A stretch of 63,513 bases of DNA, filler included. It is 4 parts of 4 records of this genome, joined end to end, with 100 filler letters (N's around TTAATTAATTAA, not from the genome) between each part and the next. Parts side by side here need not be neighbours in the genome. Positions count along the whole stretch, not along the records: positions 50,356 to 63,513 come from DRR378314_886; 3 more parts are not named here. One strand, written 5' to 3'. Each line of letters opens with the position of its first letter. The stretch's first letter is position 1. The translations under genes were made by a program, and so were the position numbers. This document shows, piece after piece, positions 63,487 to 63,513 of the stretch. The notes beneath the pieces were generated by a model that saw nothing but the letters and a program-made list of their open reading frames with translations, was not told the DNA's origin and did no database searches.

Positions 63487-63513
63487 TCTCTCTCTCTCTC
63501 TCTCTCTCTCTCT
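63487..63513. repeat. (CT)n microsatellite at the window end
   Basis: TCTCTC... run to the last base. Confidence 0.9.

Overview
The window is a concatenation of four contigs joined by artificial N44-TTAATTAATTAA-N44 linkers (14686-14785, 21628-21727, 50256-50355), so no gene linkage can be inferred across them. Contigs 1-2 (1-14685, 14786-21627) are GC-rich Roseobacter-group alphaproteobacterial housekeeping DNA: ccrM, alkB, mutY, DsbA, lpxK, a WaaA-like gene, pmbA, queA, AsmA/YhdP and bcp. Contig 3 (21728-50255) is Halomonas-like gammaproteobacterial DNA: TerB-J co-chaperone, MscS, amidoligase plus GATase, tpx, nfi, deaD, csbD, yqjG plus LysR, peptidoglycan enzymes, a CZB receptor, patatin, and a nitrate transporter with a NasR-like regulator. 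Contig 4 (50356-63513) is an intron-rich eukaryote: PNGase, RNase T2, NEM1/Dullard phosphatase and AP-4 mu. Taxonomic calls are inferred from protein style. No CRISPR array, tRNA, rRNA or transposase was seen. The most interesting signals are not in the ORF track: (i) a dual-guide box C/D snoRNA in the first intron of the RNase T2 gene; (ii) a duplicated bipartite LysR operator/promoter, one copy in front of yqjG and the other pointing at an ORF-less ~80-nt terminated unit, a candidate sRNA; (iii) a 24-codon lipoprotein gene whose mature product would be 9 residues; (iv) a ~365-nt structured deaD leader; (v) an NtrC/sigma54/ANTAR-hairpin leader; (vi) several apparently degenerate pseudo-domain proteins (WaaA, J-domain, MCP tip). 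All RNA structures were found by eye and need computational confirmation.
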